A DNA stretch of 64,000 nucleotides, taken from NCBI GenBank assembly GCA_021613535.1, contig CP075496.1, forward strand, positions 3,720,001-3,784,000, given 5' to 3'. Positions 38,505-51,900 of the stretch are shown one piece after another; positions within the stretch are counted from its first letter, which is position 1; the number at the start of each line of letters is the position of its first letter. The translations under genes and the position numbers were made by a program. This DNA comes from Adineta vaga. Taxonomy: Eukaryota; Animalia; Rotifera. The notes beneath the pieces are model-generated. The model saw nothing but the letters and a program-made list of their open reading frames with translations, had not been told where the DNA came from and searched no databases.

Positions 38505-39035
38505 ATGGCTAGTCGAATTGGAATCTTTCTTTCTCGTACAGCATATTTTACTACCGTTCTCATTCTAACAGTTATTGGATTAACATCCATTGTCATTGGA
38601 TTTATTGGTTTGGGTCTTTATATTCCAACATCAAAGAATTATCAGTTATATTCAAAAACAATATGTTCCATACTTGATCATGAATATGATAACTGTGAAC
38701 ATGGAATATACATATCTCCTACAACTTGTTTTTCTATTATGTGGTCTGTCGAATATATCATTTCAAATTCTGCATCTGATCGTTATGTATATTCGACAAT
38801 AACACAAATTTATGAAAAATCAATAGAAGCATTGGATAAACTAGCAAGCTATCAAGATAATACAAATCATACATGCTATTATCATCAAATAAATGTTACA
38901 AATGTTCAATGGGAAGAACCACCATTAGCAACACCTTATTTAATAATGCTTATTGTTGGATTTAGTTTTGCTAGCGTATATATTTTTGTTATTGGAATTA
39001 TTATTATATATCGCTGTCGTTCAAGGAAAGAATGA
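38505..39035 (+). CDS. Two-TM membrane protein with a four-Cys extracellular loop (KCNMB-like topology), intronless
   Basis: 176-aa ORF: hydrophobic TM1, a loop containing C, C, C and CYY plus N-glycosylation sequons (NHT, NVT), then TM2 and a basic tail. Confidence 0.7.
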   Translation: MASRIGIFLSRTAYFTTVLILTVIGLTSIVIGFIGLGLYIPTSKNYQLYSKTICSILDHEYDNCEHGIYISPTTCFSIMWSVEYIISNSASDRYVYSTITQIYEKSIEALDKLASYQDNTNHTCYYHQINVTNVQWEEPPLATPYLIMLIVGFSFASVYIFVIGIIIIYRCRSRKE

Positions 39036-39447
39036 TCAACATCAACATAAGAAGAAATTTATGATGATGACAGTCAAATAAGGATGACTTTAAATTAAAT
39101 TTTGTGTATAAAAATTCTTTCGAATAAAATTGTTAGTTATCGATATACAAATTTTGAAAGATAATGTCATCGATTTATTTTATTATCTAGATATCAAAAA
39201 GTTTTTTTCTAATCGAATTGAACTAAATATTATAGCTACAGATGACCTCTATCGATATAAAGATTATTGGTTCTTTCATGCAATACTGAATCATCATGGT
39301 AAGCAATTACTATTTGTCCTCTCTTCTCTTTTCTTCTCTGTTCTCGACTCGATTATCGATTTCCATTTTTATAGGTGAAATTCACAGAAGTTGCTAAGTC
39401 ATTTTTTTTCCAGATTTCGTATTATATTATTAAGATAATTATACAAA

Positions 39448-41138
39448 ATGTCACTTTTCGGTGGAATGACATCGCAAGCGCGAAGCAGAAATTTAGTTGA
39501 ATTCAAAGCAGGAAAAATGAACTTACGTGGCAACATGGTATGTTATATAATATGTTATGCTTTTTTTCCAATGATAAAATTGTTTCTACATATTGAAGGT
39601 TCATCCTGATAAACGAAAAGGTCTTGTTTATCTATATCAAGGCAATGATATGTTAATGCATTTTTGTTGGAAAGAACGATCAAATAATACAGCAGAAGAT
39701 GATCTTGTTATCTTTCCAGATGAAATTGAATTTAAAAAAGTAACACAAAATACTACAGGTAAAAATAGTTGATAAGTAATTGTATGAATATTATTGATTT
39801 CTTTAGGACGAGTTTATATTCTTAAATGGAGAAGTAATGCTCGAAAATTATTCTTCTGGATGCAAGAACCAAAAGAAGATAAAGATGAAGAATGGTGCAA
39901 AAAAATTAATGACTTTGTAAGAATACTAGAAGATAGTTTTTTTGGTTCGAGATGATTTGTAAAATATATCTTGTTCTGTGTAGCTCAATCATCCACCAAC
40001 ACCAGGATTTGGTGATGATGCCAGTGGAGGTAGTGGACTTGGAGGTGGCGCTAATCCATTACAATCTCTTGTGGATCGTATGACAGGTGGTAGCGGTTCA
40101 GGTGGTATCGATCCAAACGATTTGTCCAATGTTCTACGTGGTAAGAAGAAAAACTTGATAGTAGAAAAATCTAAAACAAATGCTTTTGCTATCTATTAAG
40201 GAATGAATCCAAATGAATTAGCTTCATTATTATCTTCGGTGGGAAACGGTTCTGGTGTTCCTGGCCTGATGCAAGGTAGTCATCGTGGTAGGATATTTTC
40301 AATCTTATCCACTTAACTTATAATATCTCTTCTAGATGCATTTGGACAACAAACACCAGATTCTCGTCCTAATACTGCACCAGCTGCAACTCGTGCTTCA
40401 GGAACAGCTACAGCTACAGCTACAGGAGGTGCAACATCAACTTCGAGTAGTCGTCCTAGTGGTTCATCAACAAAACCTCGTAATGGTGGAACTAGTTCCT
40501 CACCATCGACTTCTGCTGCAACAAGTGGAACTAGTGCCGGCGCAACAACTGGTGGGCTCAAAGGTGGTCCAATCCAGATGAGTGCACTTTCAAATATTCT
40601 AGCAAATCTGGGTAGTGGTTCAGCAGCACAAGGAGCTGATGCTGATGCTGGCTCGAAACCCGGTATTGATCTTTATGATATAATGACATCTGAGGTAAAT
40701 TGAATGAATGAGAAAATCTGTCGTTAATTGAATGATTTTTTCTTATTTATAGAATTTAATTCCAATATTAAGTAAAAAAGAAGTCCAAGAAACACTACGA
40801 ACTCATTTACCAGAAGGGAATACAATTCCAAGCACAGAAAAAGAATTAAGAGATTCAATTCAATCTCCACAATTTCGTCAAGCTGTCAGTACATTTAGGT
40901 TTGTTTTATCATTTTTTTTATTTTCTTTAAAAAATTCCTTTTCTTTTCACATCTTTATAGTGTTGCTTTACAAACAGGACAATTAGGTCCAGTTCTGGCT
41001 CAGTTTGGTTTACCAGAAGAAGCTATTATAGCTGCTAATCAAGGCGATATACAAGCATTCGCACAAGCAATGGAAAAACATTATAAGAAAGAGAATGACG
41101 AGAAAAAGTCATCGGACACTACAATGGATACAAGTTAA
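39448..41138 (+). CDS. ADRM1: Proteasomal ubiquitin receptor ADRM1/Rpn13, multi-exon
   Basis: Pru domain [53 protein letters not shown]; C-terminal UCH-binding region [31 protein letters not shown]; TAA at 41136-41138. Confidence 0.95.
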
Positions 41139-42209
41139 TCACTAGAAACAAAATTACATTTTATTATTTCGTTTTTTTTTGCTTGATTTATGTTTCTTCT
41201 AAGTTTTAAAAACAAAAGGAAACGAGAATATGCAAAATGATGATGATTTGTAGCTTTTTTTTCTCTTCATTCTTTCTCAAAAGACATGTCCAATCCGCGA
41301 TCGTTTTCACTTTTGAATCTTCTGTTTTATAGTCAAGAAAAAACGACCTAATATTTTACTGCTTATCTGCGTATATAAAAGATGATTCATCGAACTTCGA
41401 TTCTCTTTCTCTTCCTTTATTACTTCGGTAAAAATCTTAAGATGAAAGAATTAGAAGAAGAAAAGATAAGAAACATGCGCGCTCATTATGGTTTGGTCTT
41501 CAACTCACTCGATATCTTTATTTTTTCTTATTTTCATATCAACGTGTCACGCAAATATATCTCACCATCACCAGTACGTGCGAGTATTGATAATACTATT
41601 TGAATAAAGTAAGTATTACGCACAGATGCATGGACTCTCGTCTTGCAATTTATTATCCCATAGAGAAATAAATATAGTCTATTTGACAATTCAAATTTCT
41701 GTTTGGAAATCGCCGAATCCTGTAAAAGTGTGAGATTGTCTTTAATTTTAATACAATGGAATCATAACGAAGACGAAAACATTTGCTACCAGACGCGTCA
41801 AATATTATAATACATATAGATAATCCAACTAAAGATCTTGATCGCTATGGATTTCATAGATAGATTATAAAGTTGAAATCCGAGTCTCAACGATCGAAAA
41901 CTATTTTTCATTAAGTAATCTTATACTTTCCCGCCATTTGTTTTTTCTTTAACGGACAAAGTCATCAGAGAGTATGATGAGCTAAACGAGTTCCTTCAAA
42001 AAATGAGTATAAATTCATTTCTTTTTTTCATCACTTTATCATTTGTAAGTCAACCAAATAAGAGTAGAAAGATTTGCTTATCAATATAACAAAAACAGCT
42101 GATGATGGCCTGATATGAAAAATCTTTTCATTAAATTGATATAACATTATTCTTTTTTGTTTTTCTTCTACGATCAATTTTAATTAAAACTTTAGATAAT
42201 GCCCATCTA

Positions 42210-43610
42210 ATGGATACAAATACGAAAAGAAAATTAATCGTCGATGTACGTAAATTAAGTAATGGTGCATGTCCATCACGACCTGTTTATCAGCATGGAC
42301 ATTTTTGTGTTCGTGCATTTCATCTACTTCTATCCTACCCAGGTTATACTTTATTTCTATGCTTTCTAATTTATCTTCAAATCATGGATTTAAAACTCTA
42401 TTTTAAAATACGTTCAAGAGAATCATTAGATTTTAGTAATACAAAAGCATTAACAAATCAAACAAGTTCCATCCATATATTTGATCCGTTACCAGTGAAA
42501 AAAATTATGGTTGAACCAATAGTAAGCAATATTATGCGAATATAAAGATACATATCTATTTCGATTTCAATACAGATTCATTATGTTCGTTCACCATTGG
42601 CTGAACAAATAGAAACCAAATTATATTTTACTTATTATTTTCCATTTATATCAGCTAATGCTATATCATATTTTCATTGTTTTCTATCATTAATATCCGT
42701 CAAATTTCTTTCCAGTGAATCATTATTTCGACGACGAATTGGTGTATGTATTTTTCAATTTCGTACATTTCTTGATTGTGTTGATGGTGTTGTTTTTCGT
42801 GCACATTCACATAATAAACGTTATAAATCTTATTATGGAGATTTCGGTTATTATGTCGATGTTGTTAGTGATATCTTAGGCGGTACATGTTTAATTGTTG
42901 GTTGTTTATTATATTTTTACAAACAACGTCCAGTTCGTTCTGTTTCGACACGTTCATATGGATATACAAGTTCATCAGCAAGTGAAGGTGGAAGTGAAGA
43001 AACAGACATGATGATACTCAATCTTGATGATGAACAATCATCTCCACGTATGCAACCGTCACCACCACCTTCAACAACAAATGAAATAACAAATCATATA
43101 TTAGAAACCAAACAGACTATATTCATGTCATTATTATTCTTTTCATTACGATATTTATTAGCTGCAATGTTCTGGGATCGTAATGTTCGTTCTTATGAAG
43201 AATTACTTGATTCACGAGCCGAAACATCACAACAACAAGTTTGTATTCTCCTTTGCAATGAAAAGACATACATAAATCACTACTGGTTTCTTTTCATTTA
43301 TCTAGACTTTACAATTGAGTATATTACATTCTCCATTAACAATATTGATCTTTTATATTTGGAGATATTTATGTGCACTTAGTATTCAAGATTATCTACA
43401 ATTTGCAATTTTTATTGATCGAACATGGGTATGTTTCTTGCATAAGTAGTTTGTTGTTTTCTGTTGAAAATTTAGATTTTAAATCATGTTTAGGAATTCA
43501 TTCAAAAAACGAAAACAATCTCATGGTTTTGTTTGATAACAACAGTTATCTTGACCGAATTACATATCGATCAAGTACGATCTCTATTTGTTAGTCTTTC
43601 AAATAGTTAA
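42210..43610 (+). CDS. Cpes: Ceramide phosphoethanolamine synthase-like (CDP-alcohol phosphotransferase superfamily), 4 exons
   Basis: CDP-alcohol phosphotransferase motif FLDCVDGVVFRAH...GYYVDVVSD; preceding K-IM-EPI-HY-SPLA and ISANAISYFH region and C-terminal FWD / YIWRYL segments resemble insect CPES. Confidence 0.78.
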
Positions 43611-44231
43611 CAAATAAAATCAAAAAAGAAAAGAAAAAAAACTCCGATTTTTGTACCGATGATTTTGATCCTTTTCATCTGTTTGTTTTTTGTCGCACTG
43701 AGCCAGATCATTTTGTATTCTGAACATTGAATAAATCAAAGAAACCAAGCAATTACAAAAATTTCTATTCAAACAGTTCTTATAAGTCAATTGTGTCATC
43801 ATCAATACATAATTTATATACAAGTCGAAGTATTTTTTGTTGATATGTTAAAAGTATTCTCAATAGGATCGAACAAAGCATTTTAATGAATGTACTTCCC
43901 GTTGTTGAATGAATGTAAAAGGAAACGATTTTATAGTGTTGAATTATGAATATGAATTACTAAAGTACATCGTTGAAAGATGATTAAACGGAAGAATATC
44001 TATTCAATAAGCAATCTATTAATCTATCGATTTAATCAAGTAGGTCACTATCGTTTTATTTAATATTATAATCCCAAAGGTATGAACTGTTTTTCCCAGT
44101 TCTTTTCTCATGACAATTGATTCTCTAATCAAATGATTCGATTTGGCAAAATTTCATTCCTTTTTTTTATTTGAAAACAAAAGAGAAGAAATAAGAATTT
44201 TGTATTTTCAGAAAAGTAAAAGAAATCTTAT

Positions 44232-45181
44232 TTATTTTTTTAAATATTTTTCAATTGCTTCCATTCCTTGTCGACAAACATAGATGGGTGGTCTTTCTAA
44301 CGGATTTCCTTCGAAATTCGATGATAATTCCCATTGATGATACCAATCAAGATTTTTCAATTGAGTAAAATTTTTTGGTAATTCTTTTAATTTATTATCA
44401 CCTAACCATAAAGTTTCTAATTTCGATAATTGACATAAAGAATCCGGAATACTTTTTAAACGATTTCCAAGTAATAGAAATGTTCGTAATTCTGTTAAAT
44501 GATAAATACTCGATGGTAATTCTCGTAGATAATTATGCGATAAATCTAGAAATAATAAATTTTTTGATAAATAACATAAACATAATGGCATTTCTTCGAT
44601 ATTATTGTTGGCTAAATGACATGATTGTAAACGTTGTAATTGACGCATTTGATCAGGTAATGTTCGGATATGATTATTACTTGCAGTGAATACTTCTAAA
44701 TGTGCTAATTGAGCAATTTCAGCTGGAATAGAAACAATATCATTGTTGTCTAAATGTAAATATTTTAGATTAATTAAAACACTTAGATTGCTTGGAACAC
44801 GAGTTAATGTATACATCATGCCAGATTTCGATTCAGGTGTCATATCAAGGATATCCAAGTCAGTGATTTCATAGAGTTCTGTAGGAATTGCTAAAGCATC
44901 AGTACCTAAATAGATAAAATTTGAGATTAAACAGATCGATTTAGGAGATGATTTTACCTTTGATATGTAATTTTTTTAATCCATTTGGTAATTGATCAAC
45001 TAATAATCGATAACGATTTTGAGTTTTTGTAAATCGAAGTTGTTTACCATATTCCATGATTGAATCTAATAGAGAACAAATATAAATATTGATTTGGATT
45101 TGTTTTGTTGTATTTATTTTTGAACAAACCTGAAGCATCATATCCATTGGAATCGGACAAATCGAGTGGTAATTTCGGCAT
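44232..45181 (-). CDS. Leucine-rich repeat protein (3 exons)
   Basis: Tandem LxxLxLxxNxL repeats with a GNPLERPP..VC..G..AI..YL cap; upstream exons ~45130-45181 and 44959-45065 splice in frame. Confidence 0.85.
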
Positions 45182-45932
45182 TGACGTTATAAAACGAAAG
45201 TTCGTCGAATGGATATTTTGAAGAAAAAATTGTATGTTTTTCAAGTGTCTCTTTGCCTCTTGCTCGTGCTCGTGACTATGGTATATGTTTTAAATAATCA
45301 TTCTTTCTTGCTTCTGTTTTTTCACACTTGTCGTCAACTTTTTAAAAGAATAATATTTACATTGAAAAGTATTTTTATTAGTTTATTCATAATTACGAAA
45401 ATCTCGTTTTTCTTCCTATGTATAAGAAAAATTCGATTCGTTTTTCTTTTTTCCTTTCAGTTGTATCTTCTTTCGTTGTTTTACTATCTTTAAACACTAA
45501 CACTCGAATGTAGTGTAATGTCATCTGATAAGACCAGTTTTTATTTGCATGTTGATGTTTATAGTCATTCATCATCATCGTTTACACCGACGTTCTTTCT
45601 CTTCTTTTCACTACTAAATCCACGAAAAATGAAGAAAGAAAGGTTGTTAAATAGAATTTTCTTTTTGTTTATATCGAAAGACAAATGTTTATTGTAGTGT
45701 AAGTAAAAGATTGTTTCTTATTGTTTTTCTTTACAATTGATGAATCAATTAATAATGCATTTTCATTGTAAACTAATTCTTCTTCATATTGAAAATTTTA
45801 GACACAATTTTGTTTATCTAAAAAAAGATTTTATTTGTCAAGGACATTTTCATTATCACTATTATTATTATCATTATTACAAAATTGTAGATTTATTTAA
45901 ATAGATAGATAATTTTTGATCAAAAGAAAAGA

Positions 45933-48900
45933 ATGGAAAGAGATGATGATAATGATATTCCAACGCCTGACACAAGCCGTTCAAATAGTATAAATGAAGA
46001 TGAGGATATAGCAACTGCATTTCCACCACCGCCACCACCAGAAATTTCGACTGAAGGAATAACTGAATCGAAATCGTCTTCTTCAAGTACGCGTTGACAT
46101 TTTTATTCGAGTATTTAATATGTTCGATTTAGATGATATATCGACAGATGTTGCTCAACAAATGAAAGCAACATTAGCAGCAAAACGTGCAACATTTGTA
46201 TCGAGTTCTTCATCATCGGAATCGGAAACTGATTTTGTTGCTGTAGAACAAAATGATTTTAATCCGGAAGATTCATCATTTACTAATACCGTAAGTTGCT
46301 TTATTCTAATCTGACTTGCTCTACGTGATAATACACAATGATTGGCTGCTTAATGCAAATGCATCTTTGAAAACTTTCTTTTCAATGAAACGAGTTGTTG
46401 ACAAGAAAAATTGAGTTGATAAATCGGTTATATATTCATCGATCGTGTTTTATAAAGATGTTGACGACCTTTCATGCCGAAAAAAACATGTGCACATACA
46501 TCTAGTAAAATGAATTATTTTCATCACATAAGTTGATTATCAATCGTCTATCATTATTCAATGACACATTCTTCCCTGTCTCTCGGCTTTCTCAACCTTT
46601 GACATCAATTCAAAAGAGAATATCTATATGTCGCCTGTATATCAAGTGTAAAAATCGCAATTAATTATTCTCATTATTCATGTTGATGAATAACACGACA
46701 CGAAGTGTCGACAGGAGTGAAGTTTTTTTTTTCTTCTTTTTTTTTAAAATAATTTCGTACGTATCTGTCAGCGTCATAGACGAAGGAGAAATGAGTAAAG
46801 GATTGAAAGTGAAGGATACAGTTGTTTAGATGATATTCGTACACATATCGATTACATATGAGAAAAAAAGAAATCTGTCCTTAGGGCAACATTTACCTAG
46901 TTGATTAGATTACTTTCGGCAGTAAATGTATCGGTATCTTTACTGATTGAAAATATTTCTGAAAATATCTACATCAATAATGCTTTCCTTAAATTATATT
47001 TATATGTATGTTTATGTACTTATTTTATCAAAGACATATTTTGACAGACGAAGAGAATAGAAAAAACATTTACTGTCTCAGTATCATACATGAAGGACAG
47101 TTCGATTCATAGAAGTATTGTATGTTAACGACAAGCAAAAAAATATATACGACAACGTCAGGCAAAAAAAAAGAGTAAAAAAGTGTCTTGGACGCTTTTA
47201 CTCATATGTTTGTTGTTGTTCTTATTCTTTCTCTTGATTTGCTTGCATATTTGCTCGTTCGCGTTTTTTTCCGTATTTTAGACGCCTCATCATCTTTTTC
47301 TCGTTTGGTCCTCTTCGACTATTGTCAAGTCTTTGGTACTTTTTTTTTCTTTTTTTTTCCTTCATTCTCTTTTTCTCGTTCTTTTTCTTTCTCTTCCTTC
47401 TTCTTCGTCTTTACCGTCGATTCTCTTCGCATTTTCGCGTTAAATGCTCATCTAATCAATATGACGTCTGACGACGAAGATCTTACCACATTTTATGCGA
47501 ATTTACCCTCGATTTTTGAAACTAATCCATCGACACCTAGTCTACAATCGACTGATGTACCGATGACGACGACAGTTATTAACAATGAAAAAACTTATCA
47601 ACCAATCTTTGGTTCATTCCTATTTGCTGATTCTGAACCGTTTACTAGAGCAGCATTTATCGCAGCATCTACATCTCCGCAAACCGAAGTGATAACAACA
47701 GAGCAACAGCAACCACTCGATAATAATATTGTTTCACAAGAAAATAATACTTCAAATAGTAATCATATCCTTCCGACTTCAATTCCATCACTAGCATGTA
47801 CAGAAGATATTGATGATGACGATGATGACGAAGATGGATGTGACGATGAAGATGATTTCGATGGTATTCCTATTCGACATGGATCTTCAACAACAAAACC
47901 AAAGCTGAATGGTGACAACGAATCATTTATTATTCATTCTGAACAAGGCAATATTCTCGATGGATTTATTCAACATATTGATAATAATAACGAATATGAT
48001 ACTGATGATGTAGAATCAATTCTCAATGATTTTCGAGATGAAGGACAAGAACAGTATGAAACACAAGCAATTCCTTCCTTGTTTAAAGATATACCGGATA
48101 TTGATGATTTAAATGCACAAGAAGACAAAGACATGGACGGAATTCCATTTGATCATATGGATATGCTTGATGAATCTGATTCCATACGTTCATCTTCACC
48201 GGATTCTCTTCTATCTTCCTCACATTTACGTGATGATGATGACGATGATGATCTTGAAGAACAAGCGATGAATAATAATGAAAACGATGACGATGATGTC
48301 GCACAATGGAATGATGACTTTCTACTTAATACTAAATCAACTTCACAAACTGATCGTCCTAATGCTCCATTACCACCCTCAATCAATTTAAATATTCATC
48401 CGCATGATCAAGTCGATTTTATTGATTCATCACGTAGTACTTCAAGATGTTCGAATGCATCGTCTCATTTAAGTGTCGGGTATGGTGATCAAGCTCAAAT
48501 TTTTCTTAATGATAATGAATTAGAAAGTTCATCTGACTCTCATAGTGAACATGATGATTATGATGATCATGATAATATTCAAATTGATTTTGAAAATGAT
48601 TTAAACAATTGTGATAAAGATGAAGAACTTTCACTACAAGTTAATCTTGATTATCATCGTTCAAGATCATCTTCACGTTCTTCATATAGTTGTAGTACAC
48701 GTTCATCATCGCCTCTAGTTGATCAAACACCTATCATGGATATGGATGGTGACATAATCGAAACTAAACCAATTGAAATCGCTCCAATTGCTCTTGTGGA
48801 TGACGATAATGATGATGATGATGATGCTTTAGTTCCTTCCGATCAACCTGAATTACCAATACTACCAACAAGAAATCCGTGGGACTTAAAATTCGAAACA

Positions 48901-51900
48901 AGACAAAATGCTATTGTTCATGATATAATTAGTATGCGACATATTCTCGATGAACATAATAATGATGATGAATTTATTGCTGTTATGCACAATCCATCAA
49001 TATTCGAAGAAGTCTTATTAGATAATGATGATGAACAGGTAAATTTTGACTTCATACTCAGACATTATCTTTGATTAGACCTTGAGGGAAAGTCAAGGAG
49101 AAATCATTCGTACAGATTCACATATGGATAGATATTAGGTTTTTTTCTTTCTTCACCAAGTTTGTTCTCTATCTCTCTTTGGTAGATGATATATTTTCCT
49201 AACAGAAAAGATATTATATAACGGTAAATTGATAGATACTGTCATCATTATCCAACTATCCGTTAATCAGGAGAAGAAGAAGAAGAAGAACTTAATTCAT
49301 CATTTCTTTTCTAGAAAATGAATTTAAATGTGCAAACAAATGTTCTTTCAAACGTATCTCAGATAACATCACAGCTGTTAAGTGAAAATAAAATTGAAGA
49401 TGATTCAATCGATCAATACCAAAATATACCACAAACGGCATCGAACAGCGAAAAGAATAGACCTTGGTCTATAACAACAACAAATAATTATTCTCCTTTT
49501 TCTTCTGTCAATCACCTTCTGATCGGAAGAGAAGAGAAAGAAAATGTTAGTGTTAGTAATTGGACTAGTATGAAGCATCCAGAAGAACAACAGTCAAAAG
49601 AAACGATTCATACTGACAACGATATTCAACAACTGATAAATCTTAACAAATCACAAGAAATGCATTCAGATGATGACGATGATGATGAATATGATGATGA
49701 TGATTTAGAATTATTAAATACTCTTGCTCAACTACATGGTATAGTTCATACACCGAATTTATCACCAGAAAATCATTCAACGTTCAATAATACAAATCAT
49801 AGTCATGAAAAAAATCATTTTATTTCGAGTTTATTATCAGCCTCGTCGATAGATGAGGAAGAAAATCCGATTTTCTTCAACAATCAACGAAGAAATGGGA
49901 AAGAAGACGACGATGATGACGGCGGCGACAAACGACCAGTCAATCTTTTTTCATCAACATCTTTAACTTCTTCGACTTCACTTACTAACCAAGAATCACA
50001 TTTTCCAGATCTGAATCTTAATTCTCATACATCTACTTCGTCTTCAACTACATCATCATTATCATCCATGAATGAATCCAATCATTCATTGCATTATTCA
50101 AATCCATTAATACTCAGTGATTTGGAAGTCACATCTATACATACTGATGATCTTTCTCAACAAATAACAAAAGAAAATATTACTTCTAATTGGGATGATT
50201 TATCAACTCAATCAACATCTGACATGATCTTATCAAATATCGATCAAAATGATTTGACTAATTATGTCCATCAAGCTTCAAATACAGAAATTCTATCCAT
50301 TGCCGAAAATCTCGTATCAAACATCGTTCAATCAGTACTGGATAAATTCAAACAATCTGATCATCGAACGGAACAGTCCGTTACTGTTTCAAACGGAGAC
50401 AATCAATGTCCTCTGGTTGAAACAACACAGAATAAACAAATTTTCGATCCATTCGACCAAACATTCGATACTATCTGGAGTCAACATTTCGATAACTATA
50501 ATGATTCAAATCTATTTTCATCTAGTCATATTCCAGTTACTAGCCAGCATTGTTATCAGAAAATCCATTTGATTCAAGTTTTACTATTGATCAAAACTCA
50601 AAATTTCAAGATGGTTTCACTTTATATAAGGTATATAATCGTGAATGGAAATGTATAACTAATTTTCGTTCTAATTATTTTCAAGTCGATGGGTAAAATA
50701 GTTTTATGAAAAAAAGAGTCACATTTTGCTGTCAAAGCTTTTTTGCTCATATGCATTTTTCACTTGATTTCACTGATTTTGAAAATACGTAATTAATTCT
50801 TTTGAATACTAATTTTAGCATGAATCGTCATTACCAACGGATGAACAAACCAATGAAGAATCAATACATACGAATGATTTATCCGTATGTCTTTCTTTTT
50901 AAAATCTTTTTCCTTTTCAAAACGAAATCTTTTCTCGTTATAGGAAACTAAAAATGAAGATATTGTTGACGAATCAACGACAAGAAATGAAAGTGATCAA
51001 AATAATGAATCCAATCAGAATGAGAATTTTTTTGCAGATAGATCTCGTTTTTCTAAATTCGAAGCATTTGCTAGTAATCAACCATTAAATATACTCGGCA
51101 TTGACTCTATAGCAGCAGAAATTAATAATGAATTTGGTGATTCAGCACAAATACACGAATCAGCAATATTGACCGATCAACAATTTGAATTAAACAATTC
51201 TATCATTGATGGTGTGGGTGATAATGAACCATGGGAACTTGAAGATAGTGGCGAAGTAAAAATGAAACCAGTTCTGACAAGTACGACTCAAAATAATGAT
51301 TCCTATAATAACTTCTTTCCGGAACAAGAGCCATTTTCAGCAGTATCAAAAACAACAGCTGAAGAATTAGATGATGAAAGGGAAAACTATGATGATTATT
51401 TTAGTCAAAATAGATCAACTGAACAAGATGAAACATTACCGAATAAAACGGTTCGATTCGATGAAGAAAATATTGAAAATGTGGCTGTTTTAACACCAAA
51501 AGATAGTCTTGAACGATCTGAATCACCGGCATCCACGCCGCCTGACTCAGATGAAATTGACAATGAAGATGTCAGTATTAATCTTCGTGCAGTTAGTGAT
51601 CGAATTTCAGATTATATGGATGATAATGATAAAACTTATCGAGAGAAACCATTTGAAATGGTTGTCAACAAACCTGTAAAACGGCCAGAAAGTGAAATAT
51701 CATTAGCAGATAGTGAAGATTTACCACCACCATTACCACCACTACCACCATTGAACAAAAAGTCTAGTAAATAATTCCATGTTTGTAATACAATCAGATG
51801 AATTTATATTTAAATTTTAGCTTCTTCGACAGATAACATTTCATCGAAGTCATCATCATCACCGACAACTAATACGGACTCAAAACGTACTACAAATTTA

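Noticed and set aside
42099-42122. CTGATGA...GAAA resembling a hammerhead ribozyme core
   Set aside because: No complementary stem II or convincing stems I/III could be drawn.
47188-47460. N-terminal 91 codons of the 628-aa ORF
   Set aside because: TTG start running through T-rich, UTR-like sequence (poly-F/S); the credible start is the ATG at 47461.
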